This document shows positions 30,738-42,413 of a stretch of DNA of 64,000 bases, in pieces (position 1 is the stretch's first letter; every line of letters begins with the position of its first letter). The stretch lies in the NCBI GenBank assembly GCA_963849325.1, contig CAWKHF010000005.1:896001-960000 (forward strand), in the 5' to 3' direction. Below the pieces are notes generated by a model. That model searched no databases. It was given only the letters and a program-made list of their open reading frames with translations, and was not told where the DNA came from. This DNA is from an uncultured Planctomycetota bacterium (GTDB taxonomy: Bacteria; Planctomycetota; Planctomycetia; Gemmatales; Gemmataceae). The position numbers and the translations under genes are program-made.

Positions 30738-32783
30738 TCAAAACGCCAGCTGCATCTGCGTCCGCACCAGCCAGCCATCGACGCCGGCGATGTAACCGGC
30801 CGGCGAAGCGCCGCCGGCCGCCGGGTTGCCGCCCTGGTAGACACTGAAATCCGTGGACCACTTCACCAGCTGGCCATAGAAGAAGTAGTTGAAGCCGGCC
30901 GCGATCTCGGTGGCCTGGTGGTAGTTGCGGAAGGCCCCGTCGATGACGCGCACCGGCGCGGCGACGCCGGGTACGCTCACCGTGCGGAACTTGCCCGTGC
31001 CGTCGATGTCGCCGCTGTCGCCCTCGATCATGGAGTAACGGCCGACAATCTCCAACTTCTTGGGAATGACGAAGTAGCCGCCCTGCACCAGGGTGCCGAA
31101 GTCGGTCAGGTTGCCGCCGGGAAAGAGGGCGTTGGCCCCGGTGCCGTCCTGGTAGACGATCAGGTTGTTGCCGGCGGGGGTCGTCTGGAAGCCGGTTAGC
31201 CGCCGCGCCCACCACTCGTTGGTCAGGCTGAAGCCGCGCCAGTGGAACGACGCCCAGGCGTCGCCGGCGTAATAATCGAATTTATCGACGTCGTGCGCGC
31301 CGGCCGGCGTGCTGGCGACGCCGTCGAGCAGGTTGATCAGCCGCGTGCCGTTGGGTCCGCCGGGGCTGACGAGCACTCGGCTCTGCTCGTCGTCGCCGTA
31401 GATGCTGCGGCGACCCATCGGCACTAAATCGACGGCCCCTCCCACGCGCAGCGTCGGGTTGGGACTCCACTCCAGGTCCGATGTCGAGAAGCCGTACAGG
31501 TTGTAGCGCTTGGCCTGCGCGTCCCAGGTGCCGCCGAAGTCGTACCACAAGCCGCCGATGAAAGCAGGCATGTTGTCCATCTGCGTATTGGGAAACTGCG
31601 AATCGTTGCCGTTGGTGATCATGGCGGTGGCGAACAGGCGGTCGTCGAAATCGCGGTACTGGACGGCGGCCGCCGTCAGCATGTTGTTGTCGTCGGAATC
31701 GAAGAACCAGTCGGCCATGGCGAAATCGACGAACTGGGCGTTGGCGCTGCCGAGGATTTCCGTGAAGCCGAAGAACGGCTGCTGCTTGCCGGCGATGAAG
31801 GTCAGCACCGGATGGTAGGCGTAGGTGCCTTCGGGGCAGTCCGGTCCGCAGCCCTTGCCGCGCGGGCCGAAGATCACGTCGTAGGCCACCCAGGCGGTGA
31901 ACAGACGCACGCCGGCGTCCACGGCGGCGCCGCCGCCGATGGCCGAGGCCGCGCCGCCGATGCCCGGCGCGGCATAGGACGCTCCCGGAGGCGTGCCCGT
32001 CGTCTCGACGATGCGATTGTTCTGCATGACGCCCAGGCCGCGCGTGTTGCCGTCGAGTTGGAACTGGTAACGCAAGTTCGGGTCGAACGCCGAACCCTCC
32101 CAGAACAGACGCAGACGCTTGACCTCCAGCTGCGAGAAGTCGCCGGCCGCCGGCTCGTAGCGCTGGCCGGTCAGGTGGTTGAGATTATCGGTGACTTTGT
32201 AGAAGTAGTAATCGAGCTGGACGCGGCCGCGAATGCGCAGCTCGAAGGGGATGCGGCTCTGATCGTGCCAGTTGTCGTAGTTCGGATTGGGTGCGCTGCG
32301 GATGTAGAAACCCTGCCCGGCCGCGAAGCCGGTCTGCACGCCGGCCGGCATGCCGATGCCCGGTTTTTCCTTGAGATAGCTATCGATAATAGCCTGGAAA
32401 GCCGATTTGTCCTGTCCCTCGCCGCCCTCGGCGGTCTCCTTGCTCTCTTCGCCCTCTTTGCCGACGCCGCCCGGCGTCCCTTTGCCCTTTTTCCCTTTCG
32501 CCCCGCTGGCCGGTTCAATGCTCTTGGGCGCGGCGGTGGTGCTGGGCGGCTGGGTGTTGGCCGAGACCGGCAGAAGGTTCGGTCCAGTGCTCAGGGCGTC
32601 CACTCGCTGTCTCAAAACGTCCATCTGCTCCTGCTGCCGCTCCAGTTGCCGACTCTGGACATCGATGATTTGCCGCAAATCCTCCACGCTCTCCTGAGCC
32701 TGGATCCGTCCGGCGCCCAGCAGAAGCGTTGCCAGGACCAACGCCGTCCGCTGTCTCCACCCCTTTCTCCAGCTCGACCGCAT
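30738..32783 (-). CDS. Outer-membrane porin (OprO/P-like beta-barrel)
   Basis: Signal peptide, coiled coil, GRVQLDY, RLRLFWEG, terminal RTQMQLAF. Confidence 0.8.
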   Translation of the reverse strand: MRSSWRKGWRQRTALVLATLLLGAGRIQAQESVEDLRQIIDVQSRQLERQQEQMDVLRQRVDALSTGPNLLPVSANTQPPSTTAAPKSIEPASGAKGKKGKGTPGGVGKEGEESKETAEGGEGQDKSAFQAIIDSYLKEKPGIGMPAGVQTGFAAGQGFYIRSAPNPNYDNWHDQSRIPFELRIRGRVQLDYYFYKVTDNLNHLTGQRYEPAAGDFSQLEVKRLRLFWEGSAFDPNLRYQFQLDGNTRGLGVMQNNRIVETTGTPPGASYAAPGIGGAASAIGGGAAVDAGVRLFTAWVAYDVIFGPRGKGCGPDCPEGTYAYHPVLTFIAGKQQPFFGFTEILGSANAQFVDFAMADWFFDSDDNNMLTAAAVQYRDFDDRLFATAMITNGNDSQFPNTQMDNMPAFIGGLWYDFGGTWDAQAKRYNLYGFSTSDLEWSPNPTLRVGGAVDLVPMGRRSIYGDDEQSRVLVSPGGPNGTRLINLLDGVASTPAGAHDVDKFDYYAGDAWASFHWRGFSLTNEWWARRLTGFQTTPAGNNLIVYQDGTGANALFPGGNLTDFGTLVQGGYFVIPKKLEIVGRYSMIEGDSGDIDGTGKFRTVSVPGVAAPVRVIDGAFRNYHQATEIAAGFNYFFYGQLVKWSTDFSVYQGGNPAAGGASPAGYIAGVDGWLVRTQMQLAF

Positions 32784-32974
32784 GATTCCGCCTTCCGGCA
32801 CGGGAAGGAGACGTTGAGCGCCCCGGGACACCCCGAGATGGATCGACCAGATAGCGCAACCGGAATAAGAGGAAATACCCGCAAAGGCCGAAAAGTCGTT
32901 GGCCGCCAGGGGTTATTATCGTGTCTTGAAGAACTTTGTGTGAAGGAAGCGAGAAGGTCGAGAACGAACGGATT

Positions 32975-33014
32975 GTTTCGCCGCGACGCGCAGCGGAGCG
33001 CGTCGCGGCGAAAC
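32975..33014. repeat. Internally deleted copy of the 67-bp REP
   Basis: gtttcgccgcgacgcgcagcggagcgcgtcgcggcgaaac. Confidence 0.75.
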
Positions 33015-33018
33015 CGGA

Positions 33019-34110
33019 TCATGACGCATGCAGGTTTTGCAGCATCTCGCGGCGCGATACCAGGCGATGGCCGCGGCACTCGTCGATGCGCAGGGTCTTG
33101 AGCAAACGCCGGCGCAGCTCGCCCTGCATCTGCTCGACGGCGCTGGCGGACGTGCTCAACAGCGGCACCGTGCCGCCGGCGCGGCGGTCGTGACCGCCGG
33201 CCCGACCGAGCTTGCCCACCACCTGACGCAACATCTCGCCCGCCCGAGCATCCGCCGCGGCGCTGCGCACCGACAGGATCAACTTGTCGTCGTAGACGCC
33301 GCCGCAGACCGCCCAGTCGATCTCCTCGAAGCGGATGAGGAAATCGACCACCTCCGCCGCCAGCTCCGGCTGCGGCAGCTCGTTGACCCAGCTGATAATC
33401 AGCCGATCGTAAATGAACGAACTCTGCAAGGCGTGCAGGATGCACTCGAAATGGCTCTGCGGCAGACGAGCGTTGCGGATGCGGGCCAGCAGGTCCTTCT
33501 CGGCCAGGGGATAGAGGTAGAGCAAGGCACTGTCGTCGAGGGAGCTGGCCTCGCGCGGATAGCCGCTCAGCTCCGTCTCAATGCCGTACAGCAGGCCGGT
33601 CGCCAAGCGCGGCGGCAAATCGATGCTCTGCTCCATCAGGTAACTCGTCACCAGCGAACAGGTTGCGCCCAGGGTGCGGCGAACGTCCACGAACGGGACG
33701 CCGTCCAGGTCGCCGGGAGTGTCGTGGTGATCGATGACGGCATAGAGGGGAACGCAGGGATCGAGATTGTGCCGGCCGGTGTTGGGCTGGCTATCGACCA
33801 TGACGATGGCGTCGCCTTCGTGCCAGGTGGCCTTCTCGATCGGCACCAGGTCGATGTCGAGCAGCGACACCATGGCCCGGTTCTCGGCCCGGCTGATGAG
33901 ACCGTCGCGGGTCAAACGGGTCCGCTTGCCCAGGACGGTTTCGACCAGATGGGCCAGGCCCATCATGCTGCCGAGGCTGTCCGGGTCGGGGTGGACGTGC
34001 GAGACGAAGGTGACGGTGGCCGCCTCCTTCAATCCTTCCAGAAAGCGATCCGAACGACGGAGGGGCGATGTCTTGCCATTCAATCCACAATCGGCGCTGC
34101 GACGCGCCAT
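33019..34110 (-). CDS. DHH/DHHA1 phosphoesterase (NrnA-like)
   Basis: H.HPDPDSLGS, MVD, VIDHH, AGGH..RAGG. Confidence 0.92.
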   Translation of the reverse strand: MARRSADCGLNGKTSPLRRSDRFLEGLKEAATVTFVSHVHPDPDSLGSMMGLAHLVETVLGKRTRLTRDGLISRAENRAMVSLLDIDLVPIEKATWHEGDAIVMVDSQPNTGRHNLDPCVPLYAVIDHHDTPGDLDGVPFVDVRRTLGATCSLVTSYLMEQSIDLPPRLATGLLYGIETELSGYPREASSLDDSALLYLYPLAEKDLLARIRNARLPQSHFECILHALQSSFIYDRLIISWVNELPQPELAAEVVDFLIRFEEIDWAVCGGVYDDKLILSVRSAAADARAGEMLRQVVGKLGRAGGHDRRAGGTVPLLSTSASAVEQMQGELRRRLLKTLRIDECRGHRLVSRREMLQNLHAS

Positions 34111-34322
34111 AACGGGTTTTCCTCCTCAGGAGCAAGTCAGGGTAGGTCGCACGGGGACGACAGCTGGGCGGCTGCGAACCCGTTGGCACATCCAGGGCAA
34201 CTCCTCCGTCCTTCGCGTGGGCCGCAGCCAGAGACCGCGACCCGAGGGGGGAAGTGCGGAGGCACTCCCTGACTCTGAACAAAATTGTAGCTCTCGCCAA
34301 GGCTCCTGCCAAGACAACGCAC

Positions 34323-34736
34323 TCATCCCGGTTCGGCGGCCAACTCCTCGACCCGCCGCCATTGCGCCTCCGTGACCGGCACGACGGACAGCCGCGGCAG
34401 TCGAACCAGGTCCCAGCCGGCCAGCAGCGGATCGTTCTTGATCCGGGCTAGCGAGACCGGGTGGGGCAGCAACCGCACGGCCTCCACCTCCACAAGCACT
34501 TCCTTGGGATCGTCGGCGTCGGGGTCCGTCCGCGGATCGCTCAGCACCCGCATCTCGCCGACGACGGCCTTCTCCTTGCCCGTGTGATAATAGAACGCGC
34601 GGTCGTCCCGGCGTACTTGCCACAAGTTCTGTCTTGCCAAGGCGTTACGAACTCCATCCCACACGGTTCGTCCCTCGCGCTGGAGGGAGGCGAAGTTGTA
34701 GTGGGTCGGCTCCTCCTTGAACAGCCAGCACGCCAT
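34323..34736 (-). CDS. EVE domain protein
   Basis: WLFKEEP, WDGVRN.LAR, FYYHTG, L..IK, LVR.PRLSVVPV. Confidence 0.93.
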   Translation of the reverse strand: MACWLFKEEPTHYNFASLQREGRTVWDGVRNALARQNLWQVRRDDRAFYYHTGKEKAVVGEMRVLSDPRTDPDADDPKEVLVEVEAVRLLPHPVSLARIKNDPLLAGWDLVRLPRLSVVPVTEAQWRRVEELAAEPG

Positions 34737-35037
34737 GCACACGGTCCTCTCTGTCCGGTCTGCCCGACCGGATTCCCTTCTCAGGCTTCGATCCGAAATC
34801 CGCTCCAAGACCCCTTGTCTGGACAGCTGGGGTCGAGGCCGCTGCGTAGAATCCATTGCCCCACGCGGAAGGCAAACCCCTTCGGTCCCCGCGTCACGGG
34901 TCGATCCGGAGTTGGGATCGGTTTCGGCCTCTAACCCTCTTAGGGGCACGTCTCATGCCGGGGCCGATCCCTTCTCGTGGCCTCGACCGCGTGTACCTTT
35001 CGTCCGGCGCAACCAACCTCTCGGCAGGAGGAACCTC

Positions 35038-35247
35038 ATGTCCTACCTTACATTTCTGTTCGCGTCAAAAGTCCCTGGTATGTCGAAATCGTCCGGGGCG
35101 GTCGGGGAGAGAGAGTCGGCCATTCCGGCGGCATGGCCGAACGCGGCGGAGACGGCCTCGTCTGTTCCTTCCGCCCCTTGGCCGGCCGAGCACGGGCTGC
35201 CCTCGGGGATCGCTTCGATGGAACATTGGCTGGACCTCAACGCCTGA
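35038..35247 (+). CDS. Small hypothetical protein (69 aa, ends MEHWLDLNA)
   Basis: Strong SD AGGAGG before ATG 35038; T-run about 15 nt after the stop. Confidence 0.55.
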   Translation: MSYLTFLFASKVPGMSKSSGAVGERESAIPAAWPNAAETASSVPSAPWPAEHGLPSGIASMEHWLDLNA

Positions 35248-35339
35248 GGGCGTCGAGGCTCTCTTTTTTCGCCGGGCTGTCCCTTCTCCGTCACCGATTC
35301 GGAAACGATCATAACCGTAATCAACTCAGGGAGCAAGAG

Positions 35340-37817
35340 TCAGCTAGCCGAAGAGGAGTCGAGCCAGTCGCGGACCTGCTTGCGCTGCGGGTCAGTTAAT
35401 TTGCGCGTGGGGGCGGTGGCGATCTCATCGAGGCGGCGCGCCTCCTCGGCCTGTTCTCGACATCGGCGCCTGTCGCCGGCCTTGGCCCAGGCCAGGGCCA
35501 GCGAGTAGTGCAGCTTGGCCTCGGTTGGATCGTTGGGCAGAAAGCCCTCCAGCACCCGGCCGGCCAACTCGTACTGCTGCTTGGCGGTCTGCTCCTTCTC
35601 GTTGACGAAGAGCGGGTCGCGGTCGGGCAGCTTGGCCATCGCCTCGTTGAGTCCGCCGAACATCATGCGGAGCTGATACTGCACCATGTAGCCCTGTCCT
35701 CCCTCCGGGTCGAACCGGGTAGCCATTACGCCGTGCTCGACGGCTTGGCGGGCGATCTTGAGGTCGGAGACTTGCGTCTTTTGCAGGTTCAGCCGCCACA
35801 CGGTGCCGTACCAGAACGCCGCCTGGACGTGCAGCCGCGCATCGTCCGGCGTCAAGTGGATGGCCTGCTCCAACCGAGCGAGGACGAGCTTTCGTAGATA
35901 GCCGTCCGGGTCGTTGCGGATGGCCGCGACGCGCTCGGCCGGCGGCTTGGCTCCTTCGCTGTGGAAAAAGGCGACGGCCCGCACCGCATCGCGCAGCAGG
36001 CTATCGCTGCCGAGTACTGGATAGAGGATGGAGGTGACGTAGCCGAGGACGACCGCGACGAGGATGGGCAGAGGCAGGATCATGGCGACGCCGGGACGGC
36101 TGAGCCAGCGCGACGGCTGGAGCGAATGAGCATTGAGGGCCAGGGCGACGGCGACCCACAGCGGCCCGGCCACGGACGGAAAGGCGATGCCGCCGGAGAC
36201 GCACAGGTTGAGCAACAAGGCGGCGACGCCGGCCGTCAGGGCCAGGGCGCGGCCGCGATCGGACCACGGCACCCGTTCGAGCAGGCCATAGGCCGCGAAC
36301 CAGACGACGGAGCGCAGCGCCGCCGCCCACGTCTCCGGCAGGATTCTTCGGGGGCCGCGTCCCAGACGCGCAGCAGGAACGCCAGCAGCAGGCCAAACAT
36401 GCCGCCGAGGTAGAAGTGCCAGCGAACCTCCGGCGAGCGGGGGGCGTCAGCCCCCTGTTCCGGCGTCAACAGGGGGCCGACGCCCCCCGCTCGCCCTAAC
36501 CACCCAACCACCCGCAAGAAGAAAGACGCGAGCACTCCCAGCAGGGCGAGCAGGGCGAACAGACCGCACGTCGCCCACATCTCCAGGGCGAAGTTGTGCG
36601 GATCCTTGATCTTCTCGCCGGCGGTCTCGTCCATGACGCGCGTGTAGTTTTCGCCGAAATTGCCGGGACCGACGCCCAGCCACGGCCGCTCGCGGATCAT
36701 CCGGCAAGTGGCACTCCAGTATTGCAGACGCAGGGCCACCGTGTTGTTCTGCTTGCCCACGGCGGTCGTCAGCAGGCCGCTCCTCCAGGCGCCGTAGCCC
36801 AGTCCGACGAGCACGAGCACGGCGGCCAGCGTGACAAGCAAGTGGGTGCGCAGCGTGCGCCGCCAGAGCAGGACGACGACGCCCAGGCCAGCCAGGACCA
36901 GGCCCAGCATCGCGCCGCGGCTGTGAGTCAGCCACAAGGCCGCGCCGCCAAGCACGGCGCAGCCGGCCGCCAGGATGGTTTGCCAGGTCGGAGCGCGCGT
37001 TCGCCAACAGACCACGGCCGCCCCGATCAGGCCCGGCAGCCACAGGACGAGATAGCCGGCGTAACTGTTGGGATGAGCGTATGTCCCGAAGATGTTGTTC
37101 TCGTGCAGGCGGCGGAGATACTGCCGCAGGTGGGCCTCGTCGCGGTCTTGCAAGTCGCCCTGACGAGCGAGCATCTCGCGCAACTTGTCGATGTCGTCGC
37201 CGACCTGGCGGCGTGTCTCCGGTATCTCGACCCGGTATTGATAGATGCCGTGCGCCGCCAACGACACGGCGCCGGCCAGCACGCGGTGAACAATCCGCGC
37301 TGCTCGGCTGTCGTGACGGCCAACTGGCGGACCACGAAGAACGCGAGGAACAGGCCGAACCACTCCCAGGCGATGAGCCGGGCCGGGAACTTGTAGTGGG
37401 CGGCCATCTCGGCACTGAGGAAGATCAGCGCCACCGTGGCCAGCAAGGCCGTCTGCACCACGCCGCCATACCAATTCCGCGCCGGCGGCCCCTCGCCCTC
37501 CGTTTCGCCGGTCGATTCTTCGACGGTCCCATCCGGGCGCGTTGCGGGCCGCAGCCAGAAGCGCCAGACGGCCCAGCCGAGGGCGGCCACCAGCCACAAC
37601 AGCGTCAGGACCATGCCCAGCGGATCGGTCATGCCCTCCATCAGGCCGGGGTCTTCGCCGAGGACCAACGGCCGGGCCACCAGCAGCGCCGTCGCCAGCA
37701 CCAGCAGGGCGCGGCGCAGCAGGGCCGGCCCGGAAAGGGTCGGAACGTCCTCGGCTTCGGGGTCCGGCGGTTTCGGGGTTTCGGCCGGCGCGGTCTTGTG
37801 TTTGCGGGTCGTGGCAT
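35340..37817 (-). CDS. O-antigen ligase (Wzy_C)-like membrane protein with TPR-like C-terminus (several indels)
   Basis: GTYAHPNSYAGYL, LTHSRGA, R..YW......I.E.PWLGVGPGNF, DPHNF.LE. Confidence 0.85.
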
Positions 37818-37942
37818 GACTCCTGAGAGCACCGGGGCGAACGGCCGGCGACCCGTTCCACCGCCGGCCATGTCGTCACCGCATAGAGTAGCAGACCACT
37901 CGCCCCGTTGACCAGCGCCAACAGGTAAAGGACGCGCACCGC

Positions 37943-38503
37943 TCAGGAATGCTCGTCTGCCGGTCTTTCTTCGCGCAGACGCTGGCGGTAGTAATCGCGG
38001 GCCTGTTGCAAGAAGTCGTGGACGCAGGGCAGACGATAATCGGCGTAGGTCCACGGCCACGGCTCGAAAGCGCCGGCGTGATAGCGCAATGTCACCTCGG
38101 CGAAGATGCCGTCGCGCAGGTAGACGCGATGGGATTGGTCCTTGGTGGTGGCCAGCAAGAACTTGCCGAGCACGAGGAGACCCGGATCGAGGTTGAGCGG
38201 CCGCAGTTCGGGATAAATGCCCGCGACGGCCAACTCGCGTTCGAGGGCGTTGGTTCGCAGCTTGATGTCGGCGAGGCGGTCGGGTGCGACGAGATCACGG
38301 AAGGCGAGGAGTTGTTTGAGCAGATCCGGCCCCATGCTCGCCTCGTAGTAGGCCGTCTGATCGAAGACGAATGGCGGGCTGGCCAGCTGCACGGGACCGA
38401 AGAAGTGTTCCAGCCGGCCCCGCGCCCGGGTCAGCACCTCGGGATGACGGCTGAAGGCGGCTATCACTAACAGCACCGGCACGTGAGGACTCGGCTGAGC
38501 CAT
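37943..38503 (-). CDS. DUF4416-like protein
   Basis: F.QT.YYE.SMG..L, LADIKL.TN.LE, R.LNLDPG, LATTK..SHRVYL..GI, PWTY.DY. Confidence 0.85.
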   Translation of the reverse strand: MAQPSPHVPVLLVIAAFSRHPEVLTRARGRLEHFFGPVQLASPPFVFDQTAYYEASMGPDLLKQLLAFRDLVAPDRLADIKLRTNALERELAVAGIYPELRPLNLDPGLLVLGKFLLATTKDQSHRVYLRDGIFAEVTLRYHAGAFEPWPWTYADYRLPCVHDFLQQARDYYRQRLREERPADEHS

Positions 38504-38545
38504 CGGCGCTAATCTCGGCCGCTTGCTTGCGGCTGCGAGTGTTTA

Positions 38546-38602
38546 TCCGAGCCTGAAGCGTTAGCGAAGATTTCCTTTCTTCACTAACGCTTCAAGCTCG
38601 GA
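38546..38602. repeat. REP-like imperfect palindrome
   Basis: tccgagcctgaagcgttagcgaaga / tcttcactaacgcttcaagctcgga. Confidence 0.75.
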
Positions 38603-38619
38603 AGAGTTTGGCCATTATT

Positions 38620-39303
38620 CTACCGCAATTTCTGCTGCTTGAGCACTTCCTGCAACCACTGACGGTCCTCGGCGCCTAGCGGCGTGCTGGGGTCTTTGCC
38701 ATAGTCGATCTTGGACGCGAAGCCGCCCTGGTCGTAGCAGCGCGTGAAGGCCGTGTGCAGGTCGAGCACCGTATCGCGGTCGTCGGAGGCCAACGGCAGA
38801 CGAAAACGCGGCAGACGCTTTTGCAGCGTGGCCGTGTAAATCTCATAGCGCTCCGGCTGTGTCGAGCGCGTCACGGTGACGGCGTAGTCCCAGTCGGGCA
38901 GACCGTCGCGCGAATACTCCAGCGTCGGCTGTCCTTGCAGCACCAGGTCCAGCTCGACGAGGTTGGCGCTGACGTTGCGGCCCTCACGGCGCTTGTCGAG
39001 ATAGGCGTCGCGGCCGGCCGACGTCACCTTATTGGCCGGACTGACCACATCGACCATCGTGATCAGCCGGCCGTCGGAGCGCTGGCGGACCTCGATGTAG
39101 TCTTCGTGGTGTTCCTCGCGCACGACCGAGGTGAACAGGGCTTGCTCGGTGACGTAGTGGCGCTGGTTGACGCGGGCCCGGTAGCGATCGACGAGGCCGG
39201 GCAGCAGGATTTGATACAGACACATGACGAGCTGGTGATGGAACACCGGCCACAGAGCGTCATCTTCGAGGTAAGGGTCCATACCTGGAAAGGGGCTCGG
39301 CAT
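38620..39303 (-). CDS. DUF4058-like protein
   Basis: MPSPFPGMDPYLE...W..FH, SP.NK, LVELDL, LP.F.LPL. Confidence 0.9.
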   Translation of the reverse strand: MPSPFPGMDPYLEDDALWPVFHHQLVMCLYQILLPGLVDRYRARVNQRHYVTEQALFTSVVREEHHEDYIEVRQRSDGRLITMVDVVSPANKVTSAGRDAYLDKRREGRNVSANLVELDLVLQGQPTLEYSRDGLPDWDYAVTVTRSTQPERYEIYTATLQKRLPRFRLPLASDDRDTVLDLHTAFTRCYDQGGFASKIDYGKDPSTPLGAEDRQWLQEVLKQQKLR

Positions 39304-39645
39304 CGGCGATCATCTCCCTGGTTCCTGGAGAACGGCACGGGACAGACAAGGTTTCGGGTCGCGGAGCGGTCCCGAACTCAAGAGCCGGTTTCGCGGTCGG
39401 CCGGCACGCTCTCCGCTTCGTCCCAAGGGCGCACTCCCCCTAGACTACCGTTCGCCCTTGGCCTGTCCAAATGAATTTTCCACTACCGCTCCGAGGCTCT
39501 CGCGGGGTCCATTATAGGGGGCGTTCCGGGGAAGTGCCAGCATCCCCGAAGGAGCCGCGATTGACGCGGACTTCCTCGTTTCCGTACACTCCTTCCGCCG
39601 CCCTCTCGCTCCTCGTTCGCATGATGAGAAACAGGAGGTTCGATC

Positions 39646-42393
39646 ATGAACGCACGGATTGCCCTGGCCGTTCTCCTTCTTCTGACCGGCCGTGTTGGGG
39701 CCGGCGAGATCGACAAAGCCAAGCTGCGCAAGCTCGCCGAACTGCCGACCGTCACCGTCGTCGCCGGCGTCGGCTTCTCGACCACCTCTGGCTTCACCTT
39801 CAACGACGAGAAGCCCGATCCAGCGGCGGAGATTGTTCGCTTGCGCAAGCAACTCCAGGGCGATGCCACGGATGCGGAGCGCTATCAGCGTCTGGGACTG
39901 CTCTATCACAAGATCGATCAAAAGAAGGCGTCGGAGGAAGCCTACGCCAAGGCCGTCGCCCTGTGTCGGCGGCAAGTGCGCGAACATCCGGAGGACAAGC
40001 GCTGGCTGGCTCGCCTGGGCGATGCCCTTGTCGCTACCGACCAGGCGGACGAAGGCGAGAAACTCCTGCGCCGTGCGATCCGGGAGGCGCCGGAGGATTG
40101 GCGGGCGTGGCTGGCGCTGGCCCAGTGCCTGGACGGCCGAGCCGTTCACGCGGTTACGGGGGACGAAGGGTTCACTCTCCGGTTCGCCAGTGAGAAGTTG
40201 ATCGTCTCCACACTGCTCAAGAAGAAGCCGACGGCGCAGCAGATCGCCCAGATGCGCCGGCTGCACAAGGAAGCGCGAGCCTGTTACGACCGGGCCGTCA
40301 CCTTGGCGCCGCGAGAGACGAAACCTTATTTCTGGCGTGCCGCTTCGAGCTGGGGTCATGGGGCCATCGAAGCGGGTCTCCGCATGGCCAAGGTCGAGAA
40401 AGCCGATCTCGTCGCCGCCCTGCTGACGCCCGATGTCGCCGCCGACATGAGCCGGGTCGCCCGGCTCTCCCCCGACGATCCGCGCCTATCGGGATGGCGA
40501 TGTTCCTGGAGATCCTAACCTGCGTCCTGCATGGCAAGATCGACGTAAAGGACGACGCTTTCTCGAGCATTATGGGGAACAATCGTCCCCTGCTGGAGCT
40601 GCTGCCCAAAAAGAGCCGAGACTTCGTTCGCTGGTCACAGGATCGCCTGGAACATCTGACGAAGAGCAAGGACAAGGATGCGTCCGCCGTGGCCTGCGAA
40701 ATGCTGGCCGTCACGCTGCTATTCCTGCAATCGTGGGATGAAGATCACGGTGGCGGCTCGCACTCGCCCTTCCGCAAGGACAAGGACATAGGGGAAAAAA
40801 CGATCTCGAAAATCCTGGACTATCTGCGCCGCGCCGTCGAGTTGGATCCGTCGCGCGAGCGCGCCTGGGAGATGTTGACGCCGCTGCTCGTGGAACAGGC
40901 GAAGTACGAGGAAGCGGCTGTCGTGGCCCGCAAGCGGATCGCGCGGAAGGACAACGCCCACAATCGCTTCTTTCTGGCGAAGGTGTACGCCGAACAGAAG
41001 CAATTCGACAAGGCGGCCGAACAGTTGCGTATCGGGCTGAAGCAGGAGCCGGAGGACCTTGATTGCCGGCTCGGCTTGATTGCCATGCTGCTGAAGCGCG
41101 ACGATTCGGCAGCGCGGAAGGAAGCGGGCGAACAACTCGGCGAAGTCAAAGTGCGAAAGAGCGACGACAAGAGCAAATCGCGCCAGGTGAGTTATTCCTT
41201 GCTGCGCGGCATTCACGCCGCCCTGAGCGGATCGGCCCGACCGAGCGAAAGAGTTGTTCTGGGAAGTCCTGCAACACGACCAGGGCAACACGAAGGCGAT
41301 GCGTGCCTTGGCGGCCCTCGGACAACCGTTGACGCCGGCCGACGAGCAGAGGGCGATGGATTACCTCCGCGAACGAGGCGGGGAGATCAACGGCGGCAAG
41401 AAGCATCCCGCCTTGCCGGTGGTCCAAGTCCGACTCTCCGAATTGAAGAACAAGTTCACGGATGACGATCTGTTCGCCCTCACTGCGTTCTCCTACCTCC
41501 ACGGCCTCCATTTGTACAGCTACACGATCACCGATGACGGGCTCGTTCCCTTCAACGGCCTCACCGGCCTTCGTAAGCTGGAGTTGTCTTGTTCCAGGAT
41601 CACCGATAAGGGATTGAGGCGCCTCCAAGCATTGACCAATCTTCGCCATCTTTCCCTTGACGGTCGGAACGTCAGCGATGTCGGCCTGAGCTACCTGGAA
41701 GCGTTTCCGAAACTGGAGAGTTTGTCGATCGATAACTTGCACCTTAACACGTCTATCACGGACAAGGGACTGGCTCATCTTCGCAAGCTCACTCAGCTCC
41801 GGGAGGTTTCGTTGAGTGAGTGCGTGACAGACAAAGGGCTGGCTCACCTCGCTGCTCTGCCCCGGCTGCAAAAGCTGTACATCGTCTACACCCCAATCAC
41901 GGATGAAGGAATGAAGCAACTGGAGCGGTGTACGGAGCTACGCGAGCTGTGGCTTAGCGGCACGGAGATCTCCGACGCCGGTCTGGTCCACCTCAAGGGA
42001 CTTCGCCATCTCCAAAAAATAGACCTGTCCAACACGAAAATCACCGATGCCGGTTTGGCCCACCTGCGGGGGCTGAACAACTTACGTGAGTTAAGCCTGA
42101 AAGACTTCAACCCATTTGAGGGGGCGATACAACAGATGAAGTTCTTCCCCGGCCAGGAGCCGGAGAAGAAGCCGGAGAAACGCCGAATCACGGACACGGG
42201 CCTGAAACATCTCGAGGGACTGACCAAGCTGGAGAAACTGAATTTGTCCGGGCACCCCGTCACGGATGCGGGGCTGGTTCATCTGCACGGGCTGAAGCGA
42301 CTGAAGTACGTCCGTCTCGACGGAACGAAAGTCACGGCCAAGGGCGTCGCCGAGCTGCGGAAGGCCATTCCCGAGTTGGAGGTTTCGCGCTGA
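39646..42393 (+). CDS. Exported TPR + leucine-rich repeat protein (frameshifts near 40490 and 41235)
   Basis: Signal peptide, TPR-like helices, about 10 ITD.GL.HL..L..L..L.L repeats. Confidence 0.82.
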
Positions 42394-42413
42394 GTATCGC
42401 TCGCCCCGGTGTC

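Noticed and set aside
30111-31199. 362 aa ORF overlapping the porin gene by about 460 nt
   Set aside because: The tail is antisense porin sequence; a shifted frame stops at 30727
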